A DNA stretch of 64,000 nt from Thermoanaerobaculia bacterium (lineage in GTDB: Bacteria > Acidobacteriota > Thermoanaerobaculia > Multivoradales > UBA5704). This document shows, piece after piece, positions 40,153-50,744 of the stretch (position 1 is its first letter; every line of letters begins with the position of its first letter). Below the pieces are notes generated by a model. The model searched no databases, was not told the DNA's origin, and was given only the letters and a program-made list of their open reading frames with translations. The translations under genes and the position numbers were made by a program. The stretch is taken from NCBI GenBank assembly GCA_044226625.1, contig JBGAGQ010000006.1:32001-96000 (forward strand). The letters are read 5' to 3'.

Positions 40153-41547
40153 TCAGTCTCCTTCCACCCGCAAGGGGAAGAGCTCGGCCTGTCGCCGATC
40201 CTCCTCCGCCACGGGCACGCGGTAGTCGCCGGTCCAGCAGGCCGTGCAATAGCTGGACTTCGGGCCGGACACGCAGGTTTCCAGCCCTTCGAGCGACAAG
40301 TAGGCGAGGCTGTCGGCCTCGACGAAGCGGCGGATCCCTTCGATGTCCTGGTTCGCGGCGATCAGCTCGTTGCGAGTGGGCGTGTCGATCCCGTAATGGC
40401 AGGGCCAAGCGGTCGGCGGCGCCGAGATCCGCATGTGGATCTCGGCCGCGCCCGCGTCGCGCACCATGCGGACGATCTTTTGGGAGGTCGTGCCGCGGAT
40501 GATCGAGTCGTCGACCAGGACTACTTTCTTGCCCGCGATCAGCTCGCGTACCGGGTTCAGCTTCACCTTCACCCCGAAGTGCCGGATCGACTGTTTCGGC
40601 TGGATGAAGGTCCGGCCGACGTAGTGGTTGCGGATCAGGCCGAACTCGAGCGGCAGGCCGGACTCCCGGGCGTAGCCCATCGCGGCGAACAGGCCGGAGT
40701 CGAGCACGGGCACCACGCAATCGGCATCGGCCGGCGCTTCGCGCGCGAGGCGCGCGCCCATCGCGAGCCGGGCGCTCGAGACCGAATCGCCGAAGATCCG
40801 GCTGTCCGGACGGGCGAAATAGATGTGCTCGAACAGGCAGCGAGTCGGCTCCGGGGCGACGTTCAGCCGGTAGCTTTCGATCCGGCCCTCGTGGGCGACG
40901 ACCACCTCTCCCGGCTCGAGCTCGCGGATCGGCCGCGCCTCCAACAGGTCGAACGCGCAGCTCTCCGAGGCGAAACCGTGGACCCCGCCCGGCAGCTCGC
41001 CCAGGATCAGCGGCCGAAAGCCGTTCGGATCGCGCGCCGCCATCAAGCCCTGTTCGGTGATCAGCAGCAGCGAGTAGGCACCGCGGATCTCCTCGAGTGC
41101 GAGCAGGAAGCTCTCGGCGATCGAGCGGCGCGGATTGCGCGCCATGAGGTGCAGGATCACCTCGGTGTCGCTGGTGGTCTGGAAAATCGAGCCGTCCGCC
41201 TCCAGCCGGTTCCGGATCGCCATCGCGTTCGTCAGGTTGCCGTTGTGGACCAGCCCGAGCGCGCCCATCGAGGTCTTCACGACGATGGGTTGGGCGTTGC
41301 CGATCACGCTCGTCCCGGAGGTCGAATAGCGGGTGTGACCGAGCGCCGAGCGGCCCGGCAGACGCTTGAGGACGTGCTCCTTGAACAGCTCGGAGACGTG
41401 CCCCATGCCGCGTTCGTACCGCAGCTGGGAGCCGTCCCAGGTCGCCATCCCCGCGCTTTCCTGGCCGCGGTGCTGGAGCGCGTAGAGGCCGAGGTACGTG
41501 AGGTAGGAGGCCTCGTCCGTCCCCTCAATGCCGAAAATTCCGCACAT
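40153..41547 (-). CDS. purF: Amidophosphoribosyltransferase
   Basis: N-terminal MCGIFG, LQHRGQE, GHTRYST, VDDSIIRGTT and Fe-S Cys motifs. Confidence 0.96.
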   Translation of the reverse strand: MCGIFGIEGTDEASYLTYLGLYALQHRGQESAGMATWDGSQLRYERGMGHVSELFKEHVLKRLPGRSALGHTRYSTSGTSVIGNAQPIVVKTSMGALGLVHNGNLTNAMAIRNRLEADGSIFQTTSDTEVILHLMARNPRRSIAESFLLALEEIRGAYSLLLITEQGLMAARDPNGFRPLILGELPGGVHGFASESCAFDLLEARPIRELEPGEVVVAHEGRIESYRLNVAPEPTRCLFEHIYFARPDSRIFGDSVSSARLAMGARLAREAPADADCVVPVLDSGLFAAMGYARESGLPLEFGLIRNHYVGRTFIQPKQSIRHFGVKVKLNPVRELIAGKKVVLVDDSIIRGTTSQKIVRMVRDAGAAEIHMRISAPPTAWPCHYGIDTPTRNELIAANQDIEGIRRFVEADSLAYLSLEGLETCVSGPKSSYCTACWTGDYRVPVAEEDRRQAELFPLRVEGD

Positions 41548-41583
41548 GGGCGTTCGGATTCCCTTCTCTAAAGGCCCAACTCT

Positions 41584-43830
41584 TTAAAGACCCAACGCTT
41601 TGGGCAGCGCCCGCTCCCATACCCCCTGGAGCCGTGCGACCGGCGTCCGGAACGTCTCGCCGGAAACCTCGAAGGCGAGATCCTGGCCCCCCACCGTACC
41701 GACCTCGGCGGCCGGCACACCCCACCGTTCCGCCGCCCGGAGGACTTCGATCGAGTGGGCCGGAGGGCAGGCGACCAACGCGCGCGCCTGCGATTCAGAG
41801 AACAGCTCGAGGGGCGAGGAAACTTCCAGCCGGGCCCCGAGAGAGCGGCCGAAGCACGCCTCGGCGGCGGCGATGGCGAGCCCCCCTTCCGAAAGGTCGT
41901 GGGCGGTCGACAGGAGCCCCGCGCCGATCAGCTCGCGGAGCAGTTGGGCGAGGTTCCGTTCGGCATCCAGGTCCACTTCCGGCGGGCGCCCCTGTTCGAG
42001 GTCGTAGAGCAGGCGCAGCCAAGCCGAACCACCATGCTCCCCGCGATCGCGGCCGAGGAGCAGGATCCGATCGCCCTCTTGCTCGAAATGCGCTTCGGGA
42101 AGCGATCCGAGCACGGGGATCAACCCGACCATCGCAACCGCCGGCGTCGGGTAGATGGAGGTCAAACCCCGATCGGTCTGGGTCTCGTTGTACAAGGAGA
42201 CGTTGCCCGAGATGACCGGCACGTAGAGCGCGCGGCAGGCGGCGGCGAGGCCGGTCACCGCCTGATGGAGCTGCCAGGCGACGTTCGGGTTCTGGGGGTT
42301 GCCGAAGTTCAGGCAGTCGGTGAGCCCCACGGGCTCGGCTCCCACGCAGGCGAGGTTGCGCACCGCTTCGGCCACCGCTTGCCGGCCGCCGCGCTCGGGG
42401 TCGAGTTGGCAGTAGACCGGGTTGACGTCCGCGGTGAGGGCGAGCGCCGAGGGGGTCCCCTTGAGACGCATCACCGCGGCGTCTCCCCCGGGGCCGCGCA
42501 CCGTGTTGGTGCGGACCGTCGTGTCGTACTGGCGCCAGATCCAGCGCTTGCTGCCGAAATCGGGGGTGTCGAGCAGCCGTTCGAGCGCCTCGATCGGATG
42601 CCCGACGTCGGGCAGCGTCGGCATCTCCCAGCGTTCGGCGAGGTCGCTCGGCGGAGCGGTCGGCCGCCGGTACACCGGCGCCTGCTCGGTGAGCGGCTCG
42701 ATCGGGATGTCGGCGTAGGTCGCGCCGTCGTGGCAGAGGAGAGCTCGCCCGCCGTCGACGATCTCGCCGATCTCGACGACCTCGAGGCCCCAACGCCGGA
42801 AGACCCGCTCGACCTCCTCTTCGCGGCCGCGCTTGGCGAGGACCACCATCCGCTCCTGCGACTCCGAGAGCATCATCTCGTACGGGGAAAGGCTCGCTTC
42901 GCGAAGCGGCACCTTCTCCAGGTCGAGCCGCATGCCGGTGCCGCCGCGGCCGGCCATCTCGAACGTCGAGCTGGTCAGCCCGGCCGCCCCCATGTCCTGG
43001 ATCGCGACGATCGCGCCGGTTTTCATCGCTTCGAGGCACGCCTCGAGCAGCACCTTCTCGGTGAACGGATCGCCCACCTGGACCGTCGGCCGCTTGGCCT
43101 CCGATTCCGCGTCGAACGATTCCGACGCCATGGTCGCGCCGTGGATGCCGTCGCGCCCCGTGCGGCTGCCGACATAGAGGATCGGGTTGCCGGCGCCCGA
43201 GGCGCGCGCCTTGAAGATCTCGTCTTTTCGCGCCACCCCGAGCGCGAACGCGTTGACCAGGATGTTGCCGTTGTACGAGCGATGGAACGCCGTCTCCCCG
43301 CCGACCGTCGGCACACCGAAGCAGTTGCCGTAATCGCCGATGCCCCGGACCACGCCGTCGATCAGGTGCCGCATGCGCGGAGCGCCGATCTCCCCGAAGC
43401 GCAGGGCGTCCATGCAGGCGATCGGCCGCGCGCCCATGGTGAAGACGTCGCGCAGGATGCCCCCCACCCCGGTCGCCGCGCCCTGGTAGGGCTCGATGTA
43501 GCTCGGGTGGTTGTGGGACTCCATCTTGAACACGGCGACCCAGCCGTGGCCGACGTCCACGACGCCGGCGTTTTCTCCCGGCCCCTGAAGGACCCTAGGA
43601 CCGCTGGTCGGAAACTCGCGCAGGTAGACCTTCGACGACTTGTACGAGCAATGCTCGGACCAGAGCGCGGAAGTCACCCCCAGCTCGGTCCAGGACGGAT
43701 CGCGCCCGAGGATCGCGCGAAGCTGCTCGTATTCTTCCTCCGAGAGCCCTCGCTCGGCCGCGAGCTCGGCCGAGACCGCCGGCTCCGCGAAGCGCCGAGG
43801 CGAACCGTTCGATGCCGTGGAACCGCTCAC
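41584..43830 (-). CDS. purL: FGAM synthase subunit PurL
   Basis: [28 protein letters not shown] and GNVSLYN. Confidence 0.96.
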   Translation of the reverse strand: MSGSTASNGSPRRFAEPAVSAELAAERGLSEEEYEQLRAILGRDPSWTELGVTSALWSEHCSYKSSKVYLREFPTSGPRVLQGPGENAGVVDVGHGWVAVFKMESHNHPSYIEPYQGAATGVGGILRDVFTMGARPIACMDALRFGEIGAPRMRHLIDGVVRGIGDYGNCFGVPTVGGETAFHRSYNGNILVNAFALGVARKDEIFKARASGAGNPILYVGSRTGRDGIHGATMASESFDAESEAKRPTVQVGDPFTEKVLLEACLEAMKTGAIVAIQDMGAAGLTSSTFEMAGRGGTGMRLDLEKVPLREASLSPYEMMLSESQERMVVLAKRGREEEVERVFRRWGLEVVEIGEIVDGGRALLCHDGATYADIPIEPLTEQAPVYRRPTAPPSDLAERWEMPTLPDVGHPIEALERLLDTPDFGSKRWIWRQYDTTVRTNTVRGPGGDAAVMRLKGTPSALALTADVNPVYCQLDPERGGRQAVAEAVRNLACVGAEPVGLTDCLNFGNPQNPNVAWQLHQAVTGLAAACRALYVPVISGNVSLYNETQTDRGLTSIYPTPAVAMVGLIPVLGSLPEAHFEQEGDRILLLGRDRGEHGGSAWLRLLYDLEQGRPPEVDLDAERNLAQLLRELIGAGLLSTAHDLSEGGLAIAAAEACFGRSLGARLEVSSPLELFSESQARALVACPPAHSIEVLRAAERWGVPAAEVGTVGGQDLAFEVSGETFRTPVARLQGVWERALPKALGL

Positions 43831-44537
43831 GCGTGCACCTCGCGGAGCGCTTCGACCGTTCCGGCGAGCATCGCAAGGCCGTCGGTGTTGCCGAGCAGCG
43901 CCTCGACCGCACGCTCGGGATGGGGCATCAGGCCGAGCACGTTGCCTCGCTCGTTGGTGATTCCGGCGATCGCGCGCGCCGCCCCGTTCGGGTTCGTCTC
44001 TTCCTCGAACGGATGGAGCGAACCGTCGGGCCTGCAGTATCGGAACACCACCTGACGTCGCTCTTCGAGCCCATCCAGCCGCTCCGGCGCGTCCTCATAG
44101 TTGCCTTCCGCGTGAGCGATCGGCAGCCGCAAGACCTCTCCGACCCGAAGCCGCGAGGTAAACGGGAGGTCGGTGCGCTCGACGCGAAGATAGACGTCCT
44201 GGCAGAGGAAGCGAAGCCCCCGGTTGCGCCGCATCGCCCCGGGCAGCAGCCCCGCTTCGAGCAGCACCTGGAAGCCGTTGCAGATCCCGAGCACCAGGCC
44301 GCCCTCGCGCGCGTGACGGCGCACGGCGGCCATCACCGGCGACAGCGCGGCGAGGGCCCCGGCCCGCAGGTAGTCGCCGTAGGCGAATCCGCCCGGCAAA
44401 ACCACCAGATCGCACTGACGGATCGTCTCGTCGCCATGCCAGAGGAGCTCGGCCTCCGTGCCGAGGACCTCGGAAAACGCGTGGTGGACGTCGTGGTCGC
44501 AGTTCGACCCGGGGAAGACGACGACTCCTACCTTCAT
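43827..44537 (-). CDS. purQ: FGAM synthase glutaminase subunit PurQ
   Basis: [22 protein letters not shown] and MPHPER. Confidence 0.96.
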   Translation of the reverse strand: MKVGVVVFPGSNCDHDVHHAFSEVLGTEAELLWHGDETIRQCDLVVLPGGFAYGDYLRAGALAALSPVMAAVRRHAREGGLVLGICNGFQVLLEAGLLPGAMRRNRGLRFLCQDVYLRVERTDLPFTSRLRVGEVLRLPIAHAEGNYEDAPERLDGLEERRQVVFRYCRPDGSLHPFEEETNPNGAARAIAGITNERGNVLGLMPHPERAVEALLGNTDGLAMLAGTVEALREVHA

Positions 44538-44791
44538 CGTCCATCCTCACCGAGGATCTCGATCTCGTAATCCTCCACGACCGTGTTGGCCAGCAGGCGC
44601 TCGCACATGTCCTCCAACTGGCGTCGGGCGACGCTCACCTCGGCGGTGTCGAGCTCGATTTCGAAACTCTTGCCCGCCCGCACCGAGACAACGCCCTGAA
44701 ATCCGAGGCGCGACAGAGCGTCCCCGATCGCCTTGCCTTGCGGATCGAGGATTTCGCGCCGCGGATAGACGGTGACGCGTGCTTCGATCAT
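44534..44791 (-). CDS. purS: FGAM synthase subunit PurS
   Basis: ILDPQG and LLANTVVEDY; ATGA overlaps at both ends. Confidence 0.93.
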   Translation of the reverse strand: MIEARVTVYPRREILDPQGKAIGDALSRLGFQGVVSVRAGKSFEIELDTAEVSVARRQLEDMCERLLANTVVEDYEIEILGEDGR

Positions 44792-45669
44792 CCGGCCTCC
44801 ATATGAGCCGCCAAGGAGCTCGACGCCGCGGCGGTCGCCCCGACCTCGATCCAAGGCGTCGGCCGGTCCTGTTCGCTCAAGCAGAGATCTACCCGGGCGC
44901 CCTCTCGTTCGAGGACCTCCCCGATTTCCGCCGCGGCCAGGGCCGGCAGGTTGTTGGTTCGCGACAAGTGATAGAGCACCAGCCAACGAAGGCGGTGGGA
45001 GAGCAGCTCCGGAATCCCGTCCGCAGCCTCCCGATTGGAAAGGTGCCCGTGACGGCCGGCGACGCGCTGTTTGAGCGCCCAGGGGTAGGGCCCGTTGCGC
45101 AGCATGTCGAGGTCGTGGTTGGTCTCCAGAATCAGGAGGTCGAGGTCCGACAGCCGTCCCCAGGCGAGGCGGCTCCGGCTGCCGATGTCGCCGCACAGCC
45201 CGAGCCGGCGGCCGCTCCGGTCCTCGATCACCAGGCCCACGGGCTCGCGCGCGTCATGCGGAATCGAGAACGGCTCGACCGAAAAACCGGCGATCTCGCG
45301 GACCTCGCCGGAGCGGAGGGTGACGGCGGCCTTCGCCTGCTCCGGGGCCAGCTCCGTCCCGGCGAACGTGCCGGCGGTGGCGCATACCGGGATGCGATGG
45401 CGCCTGGCGAAGCGGGCGGCCCCGCGGTTGTGGTCCTGGTGCTCGTGGGTGAGCACGAGCGCTTGGATCGTCGCCGGCTCGACCCCCACAGCGCGCATCC
45501 GTTTCTCGATCTCCCGGCAGGAGAACCCGGCGTCGATCAGGATCCGCCGTCCGCCGGACTCGACGACCACCGCATTGCCGGCGCTCCCCGAGCCGAGCAC
45601 GCAAGCGCGCAGCGGGGGCGTCGGAGGCAGGGCCTCGAATTGCCAGAGAATCGCCTGCTGCCAGGGCAT
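44788..45669 (-). CDS. MBL-fold metallo-hydrolase (WalJ/YycJ-like)
   Basis: LGSGSAGN, THEHQDH, PHDA, ETNHD, YPWALK, GHLSN and HLS. Confidence 0.88.
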   Translation of the reverse strand: MPWQQAILWQFEALPPTPPLRACVLGSGSAGNAVVVESGGRRILIDAGFSCREIEKRMRAVGVEPATIQALVLTHEHQDHNRGAARFARRHRIPVCATAGTFAGTELAPEQAKAAVTLRSGEVREIAGFSVEPFSIPHDAREPVGLVIEDRSGRRLGLCGDIGSRSRLAWGRLSDLDLLILETNHDLDMLRNGPYPWALKQRVAGRHGHLSNREAADGIPELLSHRLRWLVLYHLSRTNNLPALAAAEIGEVLEREGARVDLCLSEQDRPTPWIEVGATAAASSSLAAHMEAG

Positions 45670-45867
45670 CGTAGAGGCGGCCGAGCCGAAAACGGGCGGG
45701 GCGCGAGGGGAACTTATCACCCCGGCTGCCCGGATGTCAGGCCCACCCAGCGCAAGATCTAGGGGTCGAGAAGGGACTGGCTACCACTGCAAGGGGCGCC
45801 TTCTCGAGTCGCGCATTCGAGGGCGGACCCGGCATCCGAGCGGGTCCGTCCACGGAAGTCGTCCGCT

Positions 45868-46533
45868 CTAGGCGGCTTCGTCGACGTAGATCTTCGACGC
45901 CGCGCGGTATCCCAGGGTGAGGGCGTCCCCTCCGACGAGCTGAAGGGTCACGGCGTCGGCCGCCTCGTCGCGCGCCTCGACGACCAGACGACTGCCAGGC
46001 TTGAGACCCCGACGCTCCAGGAGCTGGAGGAAGTCGCGGCTCTGGTCCGCGACCCGGGCGACTCGAAGCGAGGCACGAAGAGGACAGAGAAGGAGGCTCT
46101 GATGGTCGGGCTGGCGCACGACGCCGTGGACGTCGGGGATCGGGTCGCCGTGCGGATCGACCGACGGGAAGCCGAGCATCTCGTCCATCCGCTCGATCAG
46201 CCGGTCGGAGACCGCGTGCTCCAGGTTCTCGGCGTCGGCGTGGACCTCGCTCCAGTTCATCTTCATCACTTCGACCAGGAACAGCTCGATCAAACGATGG
46301 CGGCGCAGGACGTGGGTCGCGAGCTGCCGCCCGGGGGCGGTCAGGCGGACGCCGCTGTACGGCTCGTACTCGACCAACCCACCGTCCGCGAGCGTCTTCA
46401 TCATCGCGGTGACCGTCCCGGGCGAGACATCCAGGGCGGCCGCGACCTGGCCCATCGAAACTCGCGCGTCCGGCTGGCGCTCCTCGATCAGCAGGATGTG
46501 TTTGAGGTAGTCCTCGACGGTGCTGGTCGCCAT
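45868..46533 (-). CDS. DtxR/MntR family metal-dependent regulator with FeoA domain
   Basis: VEDYLK, RRHRLIELFL, AENLEH and DPHGDPIP. Confidence 0.92.
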   Translation of the reverse strand: MATSTVEDYLKHILLIEERQPDARVSMGQVAAALDVSPGTVTAMMKTLADGGLVEYEPYSGVRLTAPGRQLATHVLRRHRLIELFLVEVMKMNWSEVHADAENLEHAVSDRLIERMDEMLGFPSVDPHGDPIPDVHGVVRQPDHQSLLLCPLRASLRVARVADQSRDFLQLLERRGLKPGSRLVVEARDEAADAVTLQLVGGDALTLGYRAASKIYVDEAA

Positions 46534-46653
46534 GGGAAGTCTCGAAGGGGCTGGGGTCTCATCGGAACGACACCGGATTTAGGATCGGATCGAACGGAGA
46601 GGACATCGGGATCGGCGGGGGTTCCGCCGCTCGATCCCGTGGGTAGGGGCGCA

Positions 46654-47355
46654 TCAGAAGGATTCGCCCGGCCGGAGCGCGACCATCTCGCACGCGGCGC
46701 CGAGTTGATCGAGCGACCGCGAGAATTGCTCCGGCGTTCCCGTGAGAGCCGGGAACGTTCCCCAGTGGATCGGGATGACTTTGCGGACGCCAAGGAAGCG
46801 GGCCGCGCGTGCCGCCTCCTCGGGGCCCATGGTGAAGAGGTCGCCGATCGGCAAGAACGCGAGCTCCGGACGATGGAGCTCGCCGATCAACTGGAGATCG
46901 GAAAAGAGGGCGGTGTCCCCGGCATGGTAGAAGGTGAAGCCCTGCGGCATGGCGACGACGAAACCCGAGGCGATCCCCCCGTACGAGCCGTCGGGAAGCC
47001 CGCTCGAATGGTCGGCGCGCACCATCGTGACCCGCATTCCGAGGACGTCCTGACAGCCACCGAGATTCATCCCCGATCCGTTTTCGACCCCCTGCGCCTT
47101 GAGCCAGGTGACGATCTCGTAGTTGGCGATCACCCGGGCGCCGAAACGCTTCGCCAGCTCGGCCACGGAGCCGATGTGATCGGAATGCCCGTGGGTCACC
47201 AGGATCGCGTCGAGACGGGAGAGATCCTTGCCCGAAGGGGGGCAGGAGGGATTGTCCAACCACGGATCGATCAGGACGACCTCGCCCCCGGGCAGATCGC
47301 AGCGCACGGTCGCATGGCCGAGGAAAGTGAACTTCGGACGTGGATGGTTGAACAT
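46654..47355 (-). CDS. Metal-dependent hydrolase (UPF0173, MBL fold)
   Basis: FLGHA, IDPW, THGHSDH, YHAGDT and PIHWGTFP; AGGAGG RBS. Confidence 0.9.
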   Translation of the reverse strand: MFNHPRPKFTFLGHATVRCDLPGGEVVLIDPWLDNPSCPPSGKDLSRLDAILVTHGHSDHIGSVAELAKRFGARVIANYEIVTWLKAQGVENGSGMNLGGCQDVLGMRVTMVRADHSSGLPDGSYGGIASGFVVAMPQGFTFYHAGDTALFSDLQLIGELHRPELAFLPIGDLFTMGPEEAARAARFLGVRKVIPIHWGTFPALTGTPEQFSRSLDQLGAACEMVALRPGESF

Positions 47356-47529
47356 GACGGCTCCTCCTAACGCGATCGACGAGAACGGGCGGCGAACGAC
47401 ACGGGGCCTCCCGGCTCCGAACCGCATGGCTCCGACGGGAACCTGCGAGATTCTAAACCTCGCTCGGCGATCGGGCGACAGGCGGATGGTAGAGTTTCAC
47501 GCCAAACTTCAAGGGAGGGAGGCCCCGAA

Positions 47530-48003
47530 ATGACCGGTTCGAGCTGGATCCTCTTCTTTCACGTCCTCGCCGCGCTGTGGCTCACGGCGGGCGTCTTCGG
47601 CAGCACGGTCATCCGAGCGCAGACCCGCAAAGCGAGGGACTTCAAGGCCAAGGCGTTCGGCGTTCGCCTGCTCGGCCGCTCGATGAAGGTGTTCTCGATC
47701 CCCGGCTCGATCGTGTCCGGACTGCTCGGCTTCTACCTCGTGAGCGCTCGCGGCTTTCGCTTCGACGAGCTCTGGGTCACCCTGTCGTCCGCGATCTGGT
47801 TCTTCATGGTCATGATCACGCTGTTCTACATCGCTCCCAAGGTCCTTCGGCTGGCTGCCGCAGTCGAGGCCGCCCTCGCGGCCGGGCAGCCGAATCCGGA
47901 GCTCGACCGGATGATGGCGAACAAGCTGCCTGGAATCCTCGCCGACGTCAACGCCCTGGGCATCGTCATCCTGGTGCTGCTCATGTCGGTCAAGCCGGCC
48001 TGA
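47530..48003 (+). CDS. DUF2269-like four-TM membrane protein
   Basis: FFHVLAA near the N-terminus and C-terminal LMSVKP; GGAGG RBS. Confidence 0.75.
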   Translation: MTGSSWILFFHVLAALWLTAGVFGSTVIRAQTRKARDFKAKAFGVRLLGRSMKVFSIPGSIVSGLLGFYLVSARGFRFDELWVTLSSAIWFFMVMITLFYIAPKVLRLAAAVEAALAAGQPNPELDRMMANKLPGILADVNALGIVILVLLMSVKPA

Positions 48004-48106
48004 GGCCGGACGAAGGTACCGGTCAAAAAGCGAACGCGGCCGGAAACCACCCGGCCGCGTTCTAGCATTTGGTCCCAAAGCCCGGCCCGCTCACGCGGGC
48101 TTGACC

Positions 48107-48451
48107 TCAGACCTGAAACTGACGAAAGAAGTTGTCGCGGAGCTTGGCGTTGAACGGGTGCTCGGTCAGACGGTAGTAGATCGTCTGGGCGTCGCGGCGC
48201 GGCGCAACCAAGCCGTAAGCCTTCAGCTTCGCCAGGTGCTGGGAGACCGCGGAGACCGACACGCCGAGCATCTCGGCCAGGTCGCACACGCAGAGCTCCT
48301 TCATGTTGTCGAGCAGGTAGAGCAGCTTGAGGCGGGTCGAATTGCCCGCGAGGTTCATCAACTCCGCTGCTTCTTCGATATCCGGGGTGCCTTCGAGGTT
48401 CTGCCGGATCTGGGCCATCTCTTTCGAGGACATGTTGGCTGGGGTCTTCAT
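48107..48451 (-). CDS. ArsR/SmtB family regulator
   Basis: TRLKLL, ELCVCDLA box, SAVSQHL and IYYRL; GGAGG RBS. Confidence 0.92.
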   Translation of the reverse strand: MKTPANMSSKEMAQIRQNLEGTPDIEEAAELMNLAGNSTRLKLLYLLDNMKELCVCDLAEMLGVSVSAVSQHLAKLKAYGLVAPRRDAQTIYYRLTEHPFNAKLRDNFFRQFQV

Positions 48452-48588
48452 GGTCTCACTACCTCCGAGGTCAAGTGTGTACAGAAATTACAGCGTTTAT
48501 GAGAACCGTCCGTCAGACGTCCGGGTTTCGCCGTCACGAACCATCAACTCGACCCGATGTAACCGGTGCCGCTCCCCCTACCCGAACC

Positions 48589-48640
48589 ATCGGAGCCTCC
48601 GTATCTGTGGAGTTTCTCCGATCGTTGAAACGATATTATA
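48589..48640 (-). promoter_or_regulatory. arsR promoter region: TATAAT, operator-like palindrome and leader hairpin
   Basis: TATAAT on the minus strand at 48635-48640; ATCGTT-GA-AACGAT at 48621-48634; hairpin at 48589-48622. Confidence 0.5.
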
Positions 48641-48886
48641 GAGACTCTGAACCAGAAATCTAGAGGGAAAGTGAATTTTCTTTCGGAAATTTGTCTCGCT
48701 TTGCCTGTCGTCACGCACCTTGTTGGTGGTCGCCTTCGATTCTTCGCATTTCCGTGGCGTCGACGCGGCATTTTTACTGGACTTTTCAGAAAGGGGCAGG
48801 GCGGCTTTCCCGGCCCGCGCGTCCCCGGCGGCCGCGCCCCATGCCTCCACCCCTCCTTGTATAATCCGAACGAAAGGAGAGTTTGG

Positions 48887-49120
48887 ATGGATCACCGATT
48901 TGTCATCGAATACTGCACTTCCTGAGGCTACCTGCCACGAGCCGCCGGTCTGGCGGACGAGATCAAGCGCAAGTTCGGCCTCGAAGCTCGCCTGGTCAAA
49001 GGGCATGGCGGGGTCTTTCACGTGACCCTCGACGACGAGGTCGTTTTCTCCAAGAAGCAGGCGGGGCGCTTCCCGGAACCGGGCGAAGTCGCCGGAACCC
49101 TCGCGGCGAAGCTCGGCTGA
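48887..49120 (+). CDS. SelW/SelT/SelH (Rdx) family selenoprotein with CxxU motif
   Basis: TATAAT at 48860 and AAGGAG RBS; MDHRFVIEYCTS-UGA(48923-48925)-GYLPRAAGLADEIK...GGVFHVTLDDEVVFSKKQAGRFPEPGEV, 77 aa with readthrough. Confidence 0.9.
48942..48956 (+). promoter_or_regulatory. Putative SECIS hairpin of the Rdx gene
   Basis: CCGCC-GGTCT-GGCGG, 16 nt after the UGA; GGUCU resembles the apex of the E. coli fdhF SECIS. Confidence 0.7.
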
Positions 49121-49246
49121 AATCCGGACGGTCATACGACATCCGGACGCTCGCCGGGGACGGGTTGACCAGGGACCGAAGCGGCTCGAGACTCGAGACC
49201 TCTCCTCGCCCTGCCTCAGATCCCTGGCGTCCCTGGTATCCATAAA

Positions 49247-50350
49247 TTGACCTGGGTCTTCCTTTTCGCTCTCGTCATCTCGGGCGGCCTGCTCGCCGCC
49301 GCGGTCGTAGTCGAGGAGCGCCGTCGATCGGCGCCCTCCCTCCCTCCCGCTCGACTCCCTTCTCCGGCTAATGCAGCCCTCGTGCCCGTTCGCAATGAAG
49401 AACGGAACGTCGTGCCGTGCGTCGACGCGCTGCTCGCCCAAACCTCGGCGCCGCGAATCCTCGTCCTCGACGACGGATCGACCGACCGGACCGCCGCGCT
49501 CGCGCGCGAACGATTCAGCGCCTCGGCGCAGGTCGAGCTCCACACGGTCGATCCGCTCGCCGCCGGATGGCGCGGCAAGGTGCACGCCCTCGATTTCGGC
49601 TGGCGAAAGCTCGACGCTCCGTGGATCCTCACCACCGACGCGGACGCGCGCTCGGCTCCGGACCTACTCGCCGCGGCGCTCTCGGAAGCCGAGCGGGGAA
49701 ACTTCGCCGCCCTCTCGATCGCGGGCCGCCAAGAGGTTCGGGGTCTGGGCGAGAACCTCCTCACGCCCGTCGCCTACGCGTACCTGGACTTCCTCCTCGG
49801 GGACTGGGGGCCGGCCGCCCAGGGCACGGGGCCGGCGGTCGCGAACGGCCAGTTCCTCCTGCTGCGGCGCGACGCCTGGAACGCCGTCGGGGGATTTGCC
49901 CGTGTAAGAAATGCACCGATGGACGACGTTGCGATCGCCGGGGCTCTCCAGGAGGCGGGATACCGCACCGCTTTCTTCCGCTCCCCGCTGCTGTCGGTCC
50001 GGATGTACGTCGGGGGTCGCGAGACCTGGGCCGGATGGCGCCGCATCCTCGGCTGTCTGTTCGGCGGCGAGACCGGACGGCTCGCCCGGCTGGTCGCCGC
50101 GATGACGCTCCCCGCGGCGCTGCTCGCCACGGCGCTCTGTCGGGGAGATTGGACGTCGGCCGCCCTGCTCTGGACGGGGGGAGTGGCGGCCTCCGCGATT
50201 CTGCGCCGCGGCGGCGGTAACTCTCCTGCCTACGGCTTGATCTTCCCCCTCGACGCCCTTGCCCTCGCGGCGATCGCGACGCTCTGCGCCCTCGACCACC
50301 GCCGCGGCCGGCTGGCCTCTTGGAAGGGGCGGCCGATGGACCTCACCTGA
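49247..50350 (+). CDS. Family 2 glycosyltransferase (CrtQ/HpnB-like)
   Basis: VPVRNEE, DDGSTD, TDAD, NGQF, DDV and VRMY; N- and C-terminal TM segments. Confidence 0.85.
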   Translation: MTWVFLFALVISGGLLAAAVVVEERRRSAPSLPPARLPSPANAALVPVRNEERNVVPCVDALLAQTSAPRILVLDDGSTDRTAALARERFSASAQVELHTVDPLAAGWRGKVHALDFGWRKLDAPWILTTDADARSAPDLLAAALSEAERGNFAALSIAGRQEVRGLGENLLTPVAYAYLDFLLGDWGPAAQGTGPAVANGQFLLLRRDAWNAVGGFARVRNAPMDDVAIAGALQEAGYRTAFFRSPLLSVRMYVGGRETWAGWRRILGCLFGGETGRLARLVAAMTLPAALLATALCRGDWTSAALLWTGGVAASAILRRGGGNSPAYGLIFPLDALALAAIATLCALDHRRGRLASWKGRPMDLT

Positions 50351-50408
50351 CGAAGCTCCGAAGCTCTGCCCGGGCCGCCCCTTCCGAACCGACCGAACGG
50401 CAGGAGGA

Positions 50409-50744
50409 TCAGCAGCAGCTGATCACGGGATCACAGGACGCCCCACCGCAGTCCGCGTTGGTTCGACAACGAGCCGTCGAACAGCCGCAGTGGCAGTAGC
50501 CGAGGCGCGCCAGAAAGGTCGGCTCGGGCACGCCCAGATCGGCGGCCGGCCGCGTGCCGCAGGCCTTGGGCGCGGTGCTCACCCCCGCTTCCGGGAAGAG
50601 GCTCAAGGCATCGACACCGCAAGCGGGGGCCTGGACCGCGGCGGCGGGAGCCGGGCCGGCCTTCTCGGCCGCCCCGCTCGGCAGGGCGATGACGGCAAAG
50701 GCGAGGACGACAAAGACCAGAGGCAGGAGTTTCATACGGCTCAT
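50409..50744 (-). CDS. Secreted prepro-peptide with an 8-Cys C-terminal core
   Basis: GGAAGG RBS, Sec signal, Pro/Ala-rich pro-region, core YCHCGCSTARCRTNADCGGASCDPVISCC. Confidence 0.75.
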   Translation of the reverse strand: MSRMKLLPLVFVVLAFAVIALPSGAAEKAGPAPAAAVQAPACGVDALSLFPEAGVSTAPKACGTRPAADLGVPEPTFLARLGYCHCGCSTARCRTNADCGGASCDPVISCC

